Origin: an uncultured bacterium
Lineage (GTDB): Bacteria; Zixibacteria; MSB-5A5; UBA10806
Assembly (NCBI GenBank): GCA_965541585.1
Contig: CBEUCH010000012.1
Location: forward strand, 32,001-96,000
Direction of reading: 5' to 3'
DNA length: 64,000 bases
The stretch's first letter is position 1. The number at the start of each line of letters is the position of its first letter. Below the pieces are notes generated by a model. The model saw only the letters and a list, made by a program, of their open reading frames with translations, was not told the DNA's origin and did not search any database. Both the position numbers and the translations under genes were made by a program. Below are positions 19,892 through 33,074 of the stretch, piece by piece.

Positions 19892-22549
19892 ATGAAATCC
19901 TCAACCGTAGCGTTGGTGGTGGCATTATCATTTTATTTCGCCGGTAAGGCTCCGGCACAGGTTGCCGAAGATGGGGTGCCTTACAGCTTTTCGTTTCAGG
20001 TAGACGATGATATCCCTGCAGTCATAATGCCCGGAATCGATTTAATGGCTCTTCTTGCGGAGGATGAAATCGAGGAAGCAGAAGGTATGCCGTTTCGGTT
20101 TGGCGCTCCTTTTGACGTTGATCTCGGCTTGGATAATTCCGGGAAATGGGATACTTTATCGAACGGTGATCGCTTATGGCGTATCAAGATCGTATGCCCC
20201 GGGGCCTATTCCACGAACCTCATCTATAGCCGCTACCGGTTACCTGAGAATGCCAGGTTCTATATCTACAACGAGGATAAAAGCACTGTTCTGGGGGCTT
20301 TTACGGCGAAGAATAACAAAGAGCACGGTAAATTCGCTACAGGTCTTTTAAGGGGCGAAACCTGTATTCTCGAATATAATGAACCCGCTTCGGTCGATCA
20401 ACCCGGCCGGATAGATGTTTCGAGAGTGGTGCATGGCTATAAGGATATTCTCGCGGACTTCGGCGATTCCGGGTCATGCAATAACAACGTCAATTGTCCG
20501 GTCGGCGTGCCATGGGCGGACCAGATTCGATCGGCGGCTATGATATTAACAGGCGGGGGATTCAGGCTTTGTTCAGGCGTACTTTTGAATAATGTTAACC
20601 AGGATCTCACGCCGTTCTTCCTGACAGCCAATCATTGTCTCGGGGGGGAAGAAACCTGGATCTTTATGTTTAATTATGAAAGCCCTAATTGCTCCAACAT
20701 CGACGGGCCCACGAATCAAACGGTATCGGGATCAACTCGCCTGGCAAGCAGATCCACCTCTGATTTCGGTCTTTTATTACTCGATGAGACAATTCCGGAT
20801 GAGTACGATGTTTACTATTCCGGCTGGTCCAGGTTGAATACTCCGGCTCAATCGGCCGTCGGAATACATCATCCCAGAGGGGATATCAAGAAAATCTCCT
20901 TTGATTACGATCCCGTGACGTCGACCAACTATCTGGAAAATACAGGGACGACCCATTGGCGTGTCGGGGATTGGGAGGATGGCACGACGGAACCCGGCTC
21001 GTCCGGCTCGCCGCTGTTCGATCCCAATCACAGGATCGTGGGTCAGCTACATGGCGGCTATGCCTCCTGCTCCAGCATAACCTCGGATTGGTATGGAAAA
21101 TTCTCGCTTTCCTGGGATGGTGGCAGTAGTCCTTCGAGCCGCCTGAGAGATTGGCTTGATCCCGACAATACGGGAGTTACGACGTTGGATGGACTGGATG
21201 AAAGGTTTATAGTGTTCAACTATCCGGATGGTCGCCCTGATATTATTGATCCCTCGGGAGGAACCACCGTCCGCGTGGAGGTATCCGCAGGAAGCCAGAA
21301 TCCCGTCCCCGGAACAGGGATGTTGTACTATAACGGTGGCTCGGGCTGGATAAGTACATCTATGCAAGTCGTTTCACCCAATGTCTATGATGCCGTATTT
21401 CCTGCCTTTGACTGCGGGATCGAGATTTTGTACTACTTCAGCGCCGAAACCGACCAGAGTATTATACTCTATGATCCTCCCGGCGCACCGGGAGTCAGCT
21501 TCTCGGCGCCCAGCGCCTCGGGCATGACAGAAATCTGGGCGGATGATTTCTCCACCCATACGGGCTGGACAGGTTACGGAGGCCCGGCAGAATGGACGAG
21601 AGGTCCCGCTGTAGGAGGTTCGGGGAACGATGGGTATGGAGGCCCCGATCCGTCCACAGACCATAGCCCCGGTTTCGACGACAACGTATTGGGCAATGAC
21701 CTTACCTCCGGCAGTGGAGGTGATTACAACCCCGGTATTAGCTCAATCTACTGGATAACGTCGCCTGCTATCGATTGCTCCGGCAAGTTTAACGTAACAC
21801 TGACATTCTATCGCTGGTTAGGCATCGAACGCGACCTGTACGATCACGCTTATCTCCAGGTCTACGGTAACGGTGGATGGCAAACGGTATTCGCGAACGG
21901 TTCATCCACCATCGACGAGTCCTCCTGGAATCTGCAGACGTACGATGTCTCTTCAATTGCAGACGACTACCCCGGTTTCCGTGTTCGTTTCGGGCTTGGT
22001 AATACCGATGGATCATGGCAGTACTGTGGCTGGAATATCGATGATTTGAGCGTAACCGGATTTGGTTGCGACCTGGAGGTATTAGGCGCATGCTGTGATC
22101 CGGACGGTTCCTGCACTCTTCTTAGCGAACCGGATTGCCAATCGGCCGGCGGGATATTCATGGGTGGCGGCACGGAATGCCTCGGCGATGTCGACGGTGA
22201 TGATATCGATGGTATGTGCGATAACTGTCCGGACGACCCCAACCCCGGCCAGGAGAATTCGGATACCGATAGCTTGGGTGATGCCTGCGATAATTGCCCC
22301 GATGAGGATAACGAGGATCAGGCCGACAGTGACGTTGACGGCGTAGGCGACGTTTGCGACAACTGCCCGGACGTCTATAATCCGGATCAGGAAGATTCCG
22401 ACGGCGATGGAATCGGCGATGCCTGCGATGTTCAGGAAATCCCCACGCTCTCCGAATGGGGCATGATAGTTCTGATTCTGTTGCTATTGACAGCCGGGAC
22501 GGTGGCCGTTATAAGAAGGCGTAAGCTTGTCGCTCCAGCCGGTCAGTAA
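19892..22549 (+). CDS. Lysyl-endopeptidase-like (S1) protease with thrombospondin type-3 repeats and IPTL-CTERM tail
   Basis: [42 protein letters not shown] repeats; [15 protein letters not shown] before ATG 19892. Confidence 0.88.
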   Translation: MKSSTVALVVALSFYFAGKAPAQVAEDGVPYSFSFQVDDDIPAVIMPGIDLMALLAEDEIEEAEGMPFRFGAPFDVDLGLDNSGKWDTLSNGDRLWRIKIVCPGAYSTNLIYSRYRLPENARFYIYNEDKSTVLGAFTAKNNKEHGKFATGLLRGETCILEYNEPASVDQPGRIDVSRVVHGYKDILADFGDSGSCNNNVNCPVGVPWADQIRSAAMILTGGGFRLCSGVLLNNVNQDLTPFFLTANHCLGGEETWIFMFNYESPNCSNIDGPTNQTVSGSTRLASRSTSDFGLLLLDETIPDEYDVYYSGWSRLNTPAQSAVGIHHPRGDIKKISFDYDPVTSTNYLENTGTTHWRVGDWEDGTTEPGSSGSPLFDPNHRIVGQLHGGYASCSSITSDWYGKFSLSWDGGSSPSSRLRDWLDPDNTGVTTLDGLDERFIVFNYPDGRPDIIDPSGGTTVRVEVSAGSQNPVPGTGMLYYNGGSGWISTSMQVVSPNVYDAVFPAFDCGIEILYYFSAETDQSIILYDPPGAPGVSFSAPSASGMTEIWADDFSTHTGWTGYGGPAEWTRGPAVGGSGNDGYGGPDPSTDHSPGFDDNVLGNDLTSGSGGDYNPGISSIYWITSPAIDCSGKFNVTLTFYRWLGIERDLYDHAYLQVYGNGGWQTVFANGSSTIDESSWNLQTYDVSSIADDYPGFRVRFGLGNTDGSWQYCGWNIDDLSVTGFGCDLEVLGACCDPDGSCTLLSEPDCQSAGGIFMGGGTECLGDVDGDDIDGMCDNCPDDPNPGQENSDTDSLGDACDNCPDEDNEDQADSDVDGVGDVCDNCPDVYNPDQEDSDGDGIGDACDVQEIPTLSEWGMIVLILLLLTAGTVAVIRRRKLVAPAGQ

Positions 22550-22844
22550 TTCCAAACGGCGGCTTTACAGCTAAGTAAGATATTGCCGATGAGAGATCTG
22601 TCTTAGAAGGGCTCCACCAGCCTGTTTCTGCGCATATTATGTTCACCGGCTTTCAAGATAAACGATAACTATGTAGAACCTTTTCATTTGAGAACCCCGG
22701 GATCAAGCCGACTTTTCACTATTCCGATCATCTACGCTTTATTGACCGATAGTCTATAATGGAAATTATCCGGTATAGATTCAATTGACATTGGCCTCCT
22801 GTAGACATATTTGTAGCTCAAAACGTCAGGCAGGAGAGGAAGAT

Positions 22845-23750
22845 ATGTCGTCCACGCGGCGCCTTGTGATAGATATCGGTACGAATTCCGTTCTGGCCCT
22901 TCTGGCCGATGTTTCGGCGGACGGCCTGGCGGTTGTCTCAGACCGAAGGATGATCACGAAACTGGGTGAGGGATTAACCGGCTCCGGTCGCCTTTCTCGG
23001 GAGGCGATGGTAAGGACGGCGGATGCTATCACCGGGTTCATTGAAGATATCGATTGCGAATCGGTCGTGCTTGTCGGCACGGAAGCCCTGCGAACAGCCT
23101 CCAATGCATCGGAATTTGCCGACCTTCTGCCCGGACGACTAAAGCGGGAACTGGCGACCCTGACCGGCCACAAAGAGGCTGAGCTGACTTACCTCGGGGC
23201 CTTATATGGATTGAAACGAATAAGCGAGAAGATCCTCGTCGTGGATGTTGGTGGAGGGTCGTGCGAGTTTATCCTTGGCAAAGGTAAGAAGATAATAGAT
23301 GCGCGCAGCATTCCTTTAGGCGCTCTCGGATTGAAAGAGTCGACGGCGAACGATAGTTTATCGTCTTATTACGACCGGGCCTTAGAAATAATTTCCAGTG
23401 AATTGACTTTCGTCAGGGACCTGGATAGGGGAGAGCTTATTGCCACCGGCGGCACTATCACCTCCGTTGCAGCTATAGCCTCGGAGCAGAATAAATATGA
23501 TCCACGTTCGATCCATGGGTACCAATTGAGCGTAAAATCCTTAAATGAGATCGCCTCTAAGTTTGAAAACCGCTGCCTCGAAGAGCGCAGGATGCTGATC
23601 CCTTTCGATCAGGAAAGAGCCGATTTAATCCTGCCGGGGGTGGGAATATTCCTTGCAGTCCTCGGTATCTTAAAAGTGGATGAGATTACGGTCTCCGTGG
23701 GAGGCTTGAGGTTTGGCGCTGCATTGTATCCGGAGAGGCTCATAAAATGA
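22845..23750 (+). CDS. Ppx/GppA family phosphatase
   Basis: IDIGTNS, TEALR, EAELTY, DVGGGS, GGT, RADLI. Confidence 0.88.
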   Translation: MSSTRRLVIDIGTNSVLALLADVSADGLAVVSDRRMITKLGEGLTGSGRLSREAMVRTADAITGFIEDIDCESVVLVGTEALRTASNASEFADLLPGRLKRELATLTGHKEAELTYLGALYGLKRISEKILVVDVGGGSCEFILGKGKKIIDARSIPLGALGLKESTANDSLSSYYDRALEIISSELTFVRDLDRGELIATGGTITSVAAIASEQNKYDPRSIHGYQLSVKSLNEIASKFENRCLEERRMLIPFDQERADLILPGVGIFLAVLGILKVDEITVSVGGLRFGAALYPERLIK

Positions 23751-23850
23751 AATTTTGCTGGATTTTTAGCTTTACCTTGAAGCACAGGAAACCTATTATT
23801 CGTCGCTAAAGACTGTTGGGCAACTGGAAAGAAGAAAGAAAGGCGGCCCT

Positions 23851-24288
23851 ATGCTTAAAACAATTGTCGTCCCGACTATTTTCATTGCTATATTTTTAAT
23901 GTGTTCTTGCGGAAGCGAGAAGAAAATCGTCGAAGTGCAATACGCTCCTGTCCTTTATGATGTAATCGCGCCCGATTCCTTGCAAAAGGGCTCGAGTCAG
24001 ATTTCGTATATATTCGTTAGCGCTTTTGATCCTGATGGTATAGATAATGTAGACTCGGTTTATTTTATCTCCACAAGACCTGATAGTTCATCAAACGGTA
24101 ATCATCTTTATATGTTTGATGATGGTTCAACTTACGAGGATTCTGTTGCTGGAGACGGGCGATATACCATTGGAATCCAACCGCCCGATACATCCAGCCA
24201 GACAGGAGATTATACTTTCACATTTTATGCTATTGACACGCAGGGCAATATGTCTAATAATCCGCGCAAAATAGTAACAGCATATTAG
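23851..24288 (+). CDS. Hypothetical lipoprotein (Ig-like, DDG..D..AGDG motif)
   Basis: Lipobox CSC; first gene of the T9SS-like cluster. Confidence 0.7.
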   Translation: MLKTIVVPTIFIAIFLMCSCGSEKKIVEVQYAPVLYDVIAPDSLQKGSSQISYIFVSAFDPDGIDNVDSVYFISTRPDSSSNGNHLYMFDDGSTYEDSVAGDGRYTIGIQPPDTSSQTGDYTFTFYAIDTQGNMSNNPRKIVTAY

Positions 24289-24297
24289 CGAGGTTTG

Positions 24298-25788
24298 ATG
24301 AAAAAGCTGACAACCGTGTTGATCCTGATATTTACGGCAGCCATAGCCGAAGGCTCTGTATCCATCAGCCTCCAGGACGGCATATCGGGATTGACATCCA
24401 ACTCCGTAATCGATATCGCTCATGATTCGTCATCCGTCTGGCTGGGCAGTGGTGGCGGAGCCGGGGTTACCTTTGATGACGGTGAAACCTGGACCACATA
24501 CGGTGAGGACCATGGTTTGCCGAGAGACGAGGTTTCGGCGCTGGCTGCCAACGACAGAGGTGTCTGGGTGGCTAGTTCTCATTCGGAAACCATCAGCGGT
24601 GACCGTGTGCCGTTCGGTGATGGCATATCTTTGACCACTGACAGTGGTACAAGCTGGGAGACCTTTACACCGAAGCAGGTTACCTGGCCGGGGATGCTCT
24701 CCTATGATGTGGCTATTTACGATTCTATTGTTTTCTCGGCTTGCTTCTACGGGGGGCTGATACGCTCCACCGATTACGGTGTAACCTGGGAAAACCTCTA
24801 TCCATCCCAGCTTGATACCATTAATTCCGATTCGATCGATTTCAACGGCGAAATCTTCAACCGGCTCACCAATAGATTTTTCTCGGTGCAGGTCGATACC
24901 ACCGCATTTCCGGATACCTTCTCTGTCTGGGGCGGAAGTGCGGCTGGAATTACGCACTTCTATTTTCTCAAAGATTCTACTACCCAGACCTTCAATACCT
25001 ACCCCGATTCTATTTACCATGTTACTCATAACGACACCACGGTAACCGATTCGTTAAGGCTTCCGGGGAATTTCGTGGTTGCTCTGGGAGTTCAGAAGGA
25101 GCCTTACAGTGAGAGAATCTGGGCGGCTTGCAGACCCGCATTCTCCGGTTTCTTGAGAGTTGCATTCTCCGACGATGAGGGAATAACCTGGCACGAAGCT
25201 CCTTTAGGCGGTTTGTCGAATAGCGTCGAAGCCTGGGATTTCTCTTTTGCCGATGACACAGTATATGTCGCTACCGGAAACGGCCTTTATATGTCCTTCG
25301 GTGACTATACATCCTGGACTCTTCTTTCCGGATTTGTGGATCTGGACGATCAGACATTCTACCAGGATAACGCGCCATTTTTTGCGGTTGACGTCGTGGA
25401 TGGTATTATCTGGGGAGGTGGCTCCGATGGCATCGTAATGGGCCTTCCGGAAGCCGGTTGGGACGTATTCCGCTCCGGTCGCGACCCGGAGGATCATTAT
25501 GCGTATCCATCGCCATTCTCGCCGATTCAATCCACTCGACAGGGGACCACGATTCATTTTAAACCGCAGACCGACACCCGGGCTACAATCGGCATCTATG
25601 ATATTAACCTCGATCCGGTTAGAACGGTCGTCTCCCGGATCTTCCGGCGCGGGGGCGTGGAATCGGATGATATCGTCTGGAACGGCACCAACGACGATGG
25701 TGAATTGGTTGTCAACGGCGTATATTTCTATAGAATAGAGCTCGATTCGGGAGATGATCTCTGGGGAAAGGTGGTGGTGATAAAATGA
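24298..25788 (+). CDS. BNR/two-component-type beta-propeller protein with FlgD-Ig/T9SS C-terminal domain (PorZ-like architecture)
   Basis: SxDxGxTW repeats; YAYPSPF...IYD...WNG...NGVYFYRI...KVVVIK tail. Confidence 0.75.
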   Translation: MKKLTTVLILIFTAAIAEGSVSISLQDGISGLTSNSVIDIAHDSSSVWLGSGGGAGVTFDDGETWTTYGEDHGLPRDEVSALAANDRGVWVASSHSETISGDRVPFGDGISLTTDSGTSWETFTPKQVTWPGMLSYDVAIYDSIVFSACFYGGLIRSTDYGVTWENLYPSQLDTINSDSIDFNGEIFNRLTNRFFSVQVDTTAFPDTFSVWGGSAAGITHFYFLKDSTTQTFNTYPDSIYHVTHNDTTVTDSLRLPGNFVVALGVQKEPYSERIWAACRPAFSGFLRVAFSDDEGITWHEAPLGGLSNSVEAWDFSFADDTVYVATGNGLYMSFGDYTSWTLLSGFVDLDDQTFYQDNAPFFAVDVVDGIIWGGGSDGIVMGLPEAGWDVFRSGRDPEDHYAYPSPFSPIQSTRQGTTIHFKPQTDTRATIGIYDINLDPVRTVVSRIFRRGGVESDDIVWNGTNDDGELVVNGVYFYRIELDSGDDLWGKVVVIK

Positions 25789-26771
25789 GAAAAGTCTTTT
25801 TATCACTATTGACGCTATTGTTTTTTGCCCACCCCGTCTTTGCGTCCGGGGCCGGCGGATATGCCGGCGCTTTCCTGAGAAACGGGATCGGGGCGCGTCC
25901 CCTGGGGATGGGTGGCGCCTATACGGCGGTCGCTGAAGGGGCAGAGGCGGTGTATTATAATCCTGCCGGTCTGGGTTTCTTACCGAAAATCATGTTCACA
26001 TCCAGCTACAAAACCCTTTCTCTGGATCGGCATTTCGGATATGTCGCAATTTCATTCCCTATCAGGGGCGAAGCCGCCATGGCCGCCAGCTGGGTTAACG
26101 CCGGCGTATCGGATGTAATCGGCAGAGGAGAATCGCGCCAGATCTTCGGAGAGATCGGTAACAGCAGTAACGCTTTCGCCCTCTCTTTCGCCAAAGCCCT
26201 TCACCCCCGATTCTCATTCGGGGCCAACCTTCAGTATATTCAAGAAAAATTGGATGACCTCGAAACCTTTGCGATCGGCTTGAACGCAGGCATCATCGGG
26301 AAGCCGTATGAGAACATCTCGATCGGCGCGGCATTCAAGAATCTCGGCTCAAATTATCGCTGGGAATCGAGCAAGTATTGGAGCGAAGGAGGGACCTACG
26401 ACGAGGAGTTTCCGATAGTGCTGAATTTCGGACTTGCCGGAAACTTTCTCTCCGGACGATTGATTCCCGCAATAGACATTGAAACCAGCGATAAAAGCGA
26501 GTTTAAATTCAGGGCCGGCGGCGAATACTGGTTTACCAAAAAAGTCATTCGAGTAGTCGAAGACGAATATGAAGAGGATGTCTTTCTGGAGATCGAGGAA
26601 GATTTCCGCCTGGCGGGATTGAGATTCGGTATCGACAGGGGATCCCCGACGTTCGGGGCCTCTGTTTTTCAGGAATTCAAAGAAATAACTTTCGGTCTTG
26701 AATACGCATTTCTTATGGGCAGGCACGGAACCTCCGGAGGACATTTATTCACGCTGAATTTAGGTTTTTAA
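25785..26771 (+). CDS. PorV/PorQ family outer-membrane protein
   Basis: GARPLGMGGAYTA...YYNPAGL; C-terminal beta-signal LNLGF. Confidence 0.82.
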   Translation: MRKVFLSLLTLLFFAHPVFASGAGGYAGAFLRNGIGARPLGMGGAYTAVAEGAEAVYYNPAGLGFLPKIMFTSSYKTLSLDRHFGYVAISFPIRGEAAMAASWVNAGVSDVIGRGESRQIFGEIGNSSNAFALSFAKALHPRFSFGANLQYIQEKLDDLETFAIGLNAGIIGKPYENISIGAAFKNLGSNYRWESSKYWSEGGTYDEEFPIVLNFGLAGNFLSGRLIPAIDIETSDKSEFKFRAGGEYWFTKKVIRVVEDEYEEDVFLEIEEDFRLAGLRFGIDRGSPTFGASVFQEFKEITFGLEYAFLMGRHGTSGGHLFTLNLGF

Positions 26772-26775
26772 TAGC

Positions 26776-27687
26776 ATGAAATTCTCGAGATTCGCAGTTC
26801 CTCTGGCAGTAATTGCCTTAAGCGGTACTTCGCAGGCTGTCGTTGGGGAAAGCTCTTTTGAATTTATGCTTATGGGAATGGGCGCCAGGGCATCCGCTAT
26901 GGGGGAGGCTTTTACAGCTGTCAGCGGCGATGTCGGCGCGCCGTTTTTCAATCCTGCATCGGCCGCCTTGATGAACGGTACCGAGCTCTCATTTGCGCAT
27001 ATATCATACCTTGAGGATGTCAGTATAGAGCAATTCGCACTTTTGACTCGTTCCAATAAAATTCGTTATGGTCTCAGCATCAATATTGGCACTGTCGCCG
27101 ATATCGAACGACGGGGAGACTCGCCGACCGCCGAACCCCTGGGCACGTTCGATGAGCACAACGTGACAGCTTCGCTATTCGTTGCCGTTCCCGTTACCGA
27201 AAGGCTCTCGATTGGCAATTCCGCTAAGATCGCCTATGAAAAGCTCGATCTTGAGGATGCCACCGCACTGGCGCTGGATATCGGTGCCTTCTATACCCTC
27301 ACTCCCGAGATAGCTATCGGCGGGTCAATCCGGAATCTCGGCACGAAACCCAAATTTATCAGTGAGGCGTTTGATCTTCCCCGGGAATACCGGGTCGGCG
27401 CATCTTATCGAACTCCAAAAGGGTCCCGCTATGAAGGCATCCTGCTATCCGCAGATCTATTCAAGCCGGAATGGGGTAACAAAAGTTCCAAGTTAAATGT
27501 CGGCGGGGAGTACAATTACCAGGATATCGTTTTCTCGAGGGCCGGGTACTATTTTGGATATGACTCGAGATCGATCTCCGTAGGAGGCGGCCTTGCCTAT
27601 CGTAATTATCTTTTCGATTATGCATATGTTCCCCTGAAGAATAATCTCGGTAACACCCATCGCTTCACACTGCGGATCAGAATGTAA
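26776..27687 (+). CDS. PorV/PorQ family outer-membrane protein
   Basis: GARASAMGEAFTA...FNPA; FDYAY...LGNTHRF. Confidence 0.85.
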   Translation: MKFSRFAVPLAVIALSGTSQAVVGESSFEFMLMGMGARASAMGEAFTAVSGDVGAPFFNPASAALMNGTELSFAHISYLEDVSIEQFALLTRSNKIRYGLSINIGTVADIERRGDSPTAEPLGTFDEHNVTASLFVAVPVTERLSIGNSAKIAYEKLDLEDATALALDIGAFYTLTPEIAIGGSIRNLGTKPKFISEAFDLPREYRVGASYRTPKGSRYEGILLSADLFKPEWGNKSSKLNVGGEYNYQDIVFSRAGYYFGYDSRSISVGGGLAYRNYLFDYAYVPLKNNLGNTHRFTLRIRM

Positions 27688-27814
27688 AGGAATTTTGAAA
27701 TTCATCGATAACTATAGCTGTCAGGCTTTCTGTTGCATTTTTCCGTTGACCGCAGTCATTAACTCCATAAATTAAGTCGGCGAATGCTGGTGTAATTGAA
27801 AAGAGGAGTCTGAC

Positions 27815-28933
27815 GTGGCAAAATACAAAATCGCATGGATGCCGGGCGACGGGGTCGGTAATGACGTTATGGAGGCTGCCCGGATCGTACTGGACAGGAT
27901 CATCCTGGATGCCGAGTATATCCCCGCCGATATTGGCTGGGAATTCTGGCGGACGGAGGCAAATCCGCTTCCCGACAGGACAATTGAAATACTGAAAAAC
28001 ACAGATTGCGCCCTGTTCGGCGCCATCACCTCCAAACCCAAGGAGGAAGCGGAAAACGAACTCGTCCCGGAACTCCAGGGGAAGGGTCACGTCTATTCGT
28101 CGCCCATCGTGGGTTTGAGACAGCGATTGAATCTCAGGACGAACCTCAGACCCTGCAAAGCCTATCCCGGCAACCCGCTGAATTACAGGGACAATATTGA
28201 TATCACCGTATTTCGCGAAAACACCGAGGACCTGTACTCCGGCGTTGAGTTTTTCCCCCTACCGGATGAACTTCGCGCAACCTTAATGAAATATAATAAG
28301 AAAATGGCGCGATTCGACTGGTCTCCCGCCGAGAAAACCGCCCTCTCATGTCGCATTGTCACCGAGAAGGCCAGCGAGAACATCGTAAGGGCGGCTTTTG
28401 AATATGCCAAAAAGCATGACAAAAGCTCGGTTACAGTAGTGGAGAAACCCAATGTCATCCGCGAGACTTCCGGGCTGATGGTTCGCACGGCACGTAAGGT
28501 GGCGAAGGAATTTCCTGAAATTCCTCTCTGGGAAACCAATATCGATGCTATGTGCATGTGGCTGGTGAAAAATCCGCAGGACTACTCGATCCTGGTAACA
28601 TCGAATATGTTTGGCGACATCGTCTCCGATCTCTCGGCTCAACTTGTCGGTGGATTGGGATTCGCATGTTCCGGCAATATCGGCGATGATTACGCCGTCT
28701 TCGAACCGACTCATGGCTCGGCCCCGAAATATTCCGGCCAGTATAAGGTGAATCCCCTGGCGACACTCCTTACTGTCAAGTTGATGCTCGATTGGCTGGG
28801 TGAATTAGATAAGGCAACTGCTCTTGAAAACGCTATCGCTAGTGTGATAAAAGAGGGAAAGGTTCGCACCTACGATATGGGCGGTAAAAACACCACACTC
28901 GAGGTGGCGGAAGCTGTAGCGGCACGGCTTTAA
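27815..28933 (+). CDS. Isocitrate/isopropylmalate dehydrogenase family protein
   Basis: PGDGVG, RENTEDLY, NMFGDIVSD, FEPTHGSAP. Confidence 0.9.
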   Translation: MAKYKIAWMPGDGVGNDVMEAARIVLDRIILDAEYIPADIGWEFWRTEANPLPDRTIEILKNTDCALFGAITSKPKEEAENELVPELQGKGHVYSSPIVGLRQRLNLRTNLRPCKAYPGNPLNYRDNIDITVFRENTEDLYSGVEFFPLPDELRATLMKYNKKMARFDWSPAEKTALSCRIVTEKASENIVRAAFEYAKKHDKSSVTVVEKPNVIRETSGLMVRTARKVAKEFPEIPLWETNIDAMCMWLVKNPQDYSILVTSNMFGDIVSDLSAQLVGGLGFACSGNIGDDYAVFEPTHGSAPKYSGQYKVNPLATLLTVKLMLDWLGELDKATALENAIASVIKEGKVRTYDMGGKNTTLEVAEAVAARL

Positions 28934-28958
28934 GAAAACCGCTGAATAAAAACGTTTT

Positions 28959-28985
28959 GTAGGGGTCAGGTTACCTGACCCCTAC
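28959..28985. repeat. GTAG-type REP palindrome GTAGGGGTCAGG-TTA-CCTGACCCCTAC
   Basis: Identical copy at 32433-32459, variant at 33657-33683. Confidence 0.85.
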
Positions 28986-29019
28986 GGGATTACATTGCCA
29001 TAAGGCGCCCGTGCTATTT

Positions 29020-29048
29020 GTAGAGACAGAACACTGTTCTGTCTCTAC
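29020..29048. repeat. GTAG-type REP palindrome GTAGAGACAGAACACTGTTCTGTCTCTAC
   Basis: 13-bp arms starting GTAG and ending CTAC. Confidence 0.75.
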
Positions 29049-29083
29049 ATTAGCTTGATCGGGAATTCCATACGGATCCGTAG

Positions 29084-31303
<2,220 letters not shown>

Positions 31304-31346
31304 CAGATGATGAAATTGTAAACCATCTAAATCAGGGGGAATAATC

Positions 31347-32405
31347 ATGCCTGAAGGCAGAGACATAGACATACAATCTATTATGATGCCGATACTGGCG
31401 TTGGCTGCGGGGACGGCATTTTTCTATTACGCCAGCCCGATCCTGATACCTATCGTGGTGGCATCGGCTCTGACATATCTTTTATTACCGCTGGTCGATC
31501 AATTGAAGCGATTCAAACTGCCCCATACTTTAGCTGTAGTTATTGTAATGCTTATCGTACTCGCTGTTTTTGTTTTAATAGTGACCTTACTTATCGGGCA
31601 GATTGCGGATTTCGCTTCAGCCTTTCCCGATTATAAGGATAAGGTTGAAATGACCCTGAACAGCTGGAGGACTTCACTGGAGGGCTATCTCGGATACCTT
31701 CCGGGGGATCTCGGAAAACCGGAAGACCTCACACTTGATATCGGGCAGGTTCAGCAGGCCGGCAAATACTTCTTCAAGGGGTTGGGATCACTCACCAGTT
31801 TCACATTCGGGTCGCTTCTGATGTTTTTCCTAACGCTCTTCATGCTTCTGGATTCGGAGATGTTTCAAAAGAAACTCAAATCCATTTTCGGCAGTGGGCA
31901 AACGGAGGCCACCGAGGGGATCATGCACGAAATCAGCCGCCAGCTCAAGGGTTTCATACAGGTGAAATTCACAGTTGCCCTGGGGCTGGCGATCGTGGTC
32001 ACTATCGGGCTTCTCTTGTTCAGGGTGAAATACGCATATATATGGGGGCCGCTGGTCGGTATCATGAATTTGATTCCGTTTATCGGTTCTATCTTGAGTG
32101 CCATACCGCCCATCATAGTGGCCGGCATTCAGTTTAATTCGGTCTGGTACATGTTCTGGGTGGCGATATTCTTCCTGATCGTCCAGTTTATCGAGAGCAA
32201 CGTCATCACGCCGCGGCTGACATCCGCCTCCGTCGACCTGAATACGCTGGCGGTGCTTTTAGCTGCCATGTACTGGGGCTGGCTCTGGGGATTTATAGGC
32301 ATCATACTGGCGGTGCCGATTACAGCGGCCATGAAGGTCGTCTGCGATCATGTGGAGCCCTTAAAGCCGATAGGCATCATGCTCGGAACCGGGCGAGGAG
32401 AGTAG
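31347..32405 (+). CDS. AI-2E family transporter
   Basis: Multiple TM helices; NLIPFIG, QFIESNVITP, WGWLWG...LAVP. Confidence 0.9.
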   Translation: MPEGRDIDIQSIMMPILALAAGTAFFYYASPILIPIVVASALTYLLLPLVDQLKRFKLPHTLAVVIVMLIVLAVFVLIVTLLIGQIADFASAFPDYKDKVEMTLNSWRTSLEGYLGYLPGDLGKPEDLTLDIGQVQQAGKYFFKGLGSLTSFTFGSLLMFFLTLFMLLDSEMFQKKLKSIFGSGQTEATEGIMHEISRQLKGFIQVKFTVALGLAIVVTIGLLLFRVKYAYIWGPLVGIMNLIPFIGSILSAIPPIIVAGIQFNSVWYMFWVAIFFLIVQFIESNVITPRLTSASVDLNTLAVLLAAMYWGWLWGFIGIILAVPITAAMKVVCDHVEPLKPIGIMLGTGRGE

Positions 32406-32430
32406 GCCCAATCATAATATTAGAATCATT

Positions 32431-32671
32431 CCGTAGGGGTCAGGTTACCTGACCCCTACGATATCCCAAAAATATATTTCTACCGCGATGTCAGCCCCGC
32501 CTTTGGCGGGGTTTCCTGACATCATGCATAGACCGTCGGGAAGGGGTTCCCGACGGCGCAACAAAAATATATTGACAGGACCGGCAATATACTCTTCATT
32601 TAGATATCCGCTGTAGGTTTCAAGCGGTGATATCCCACCCCCCGGGAATAGAAAAAAGGCGTAATGCCTTG
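32431..32671 (+). repeat. REP + TTGACA + structured-leader module, copy 1 (with 95-bp insertion)
   Basis: Collinear similarity to 33655-33800. Confidence 0.8.
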
Positions 32672-32724
32672 CCTATACGAGTATGAGTTGCCGGAATCGA
32701 ATTTAGAAACGAGAGGTGAAACTG

Positions 32725-32952
32725 ATGGCAAACTTTGATGTTTTCGAAGACAAAGACTGCGGTAAGTGGAGAGTGACTCGTGAAGGGGCCGATGATCCCA
32801 TCGATCTGGCAAAGACCCAACGCGATGCCGAGCGGATAGCAAAACGGCTGGCAGCCAACACCGGCGGAGGCGAGGTGCGCATTCATAGCCAGGATGGCAA
32901 GGTCCGCAATAGAGAGAAAGTAGAGCCGGCCAGAGATCCGTCTGCACCATGA
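32725..32952 (+). CDS. DUF2188 domain protein
   Basis: WRVTREGA...TQRDA...GEVRIHSQDGKVR; SD GAGAGG. Confidence 0.8.
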   Translation: MANFDVFEDKDCGKWRVTREGADDPIDLAKTQRDAERIAKRLAANTGGGEVRIHSQDGKVRNREKVEPARDPSAP

Positions 32953-33004
32953 GAAAACAGAGAATAGTTAAAAGGGGATAAGCCGCATTGCCCTTCAGGC
33001 AAGG

Positions 33005-33047
33005 GTAGTCGGTCAGGTCACGCCCTTACTGACTACGACCTGACCGA
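33005..33047 (+). repeat. GTAG-type REP-like hairpin
   Basis: GTAG-TCGGTCAGGTC...GACCTGACCGA. Confidence 0.6.
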
Positions 33048-33074
33048 ACGGTAAACTCAAAAAGGAGGATCGAG

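Noticed and set aside
22638..22656. dif-like sequence TGCGCATATTATGTTCA
   Set aside because: Resembles XerC and XerD arms but lacks the central spacer; likely chance
31347..32405. AI-2 quorum-sensing system (AI-2E transporter + lsrF)
   Set aside because: The genes are 15 kb apart, AI-2E is a broad family, and no luxS/lsrK/lsrB is in the window
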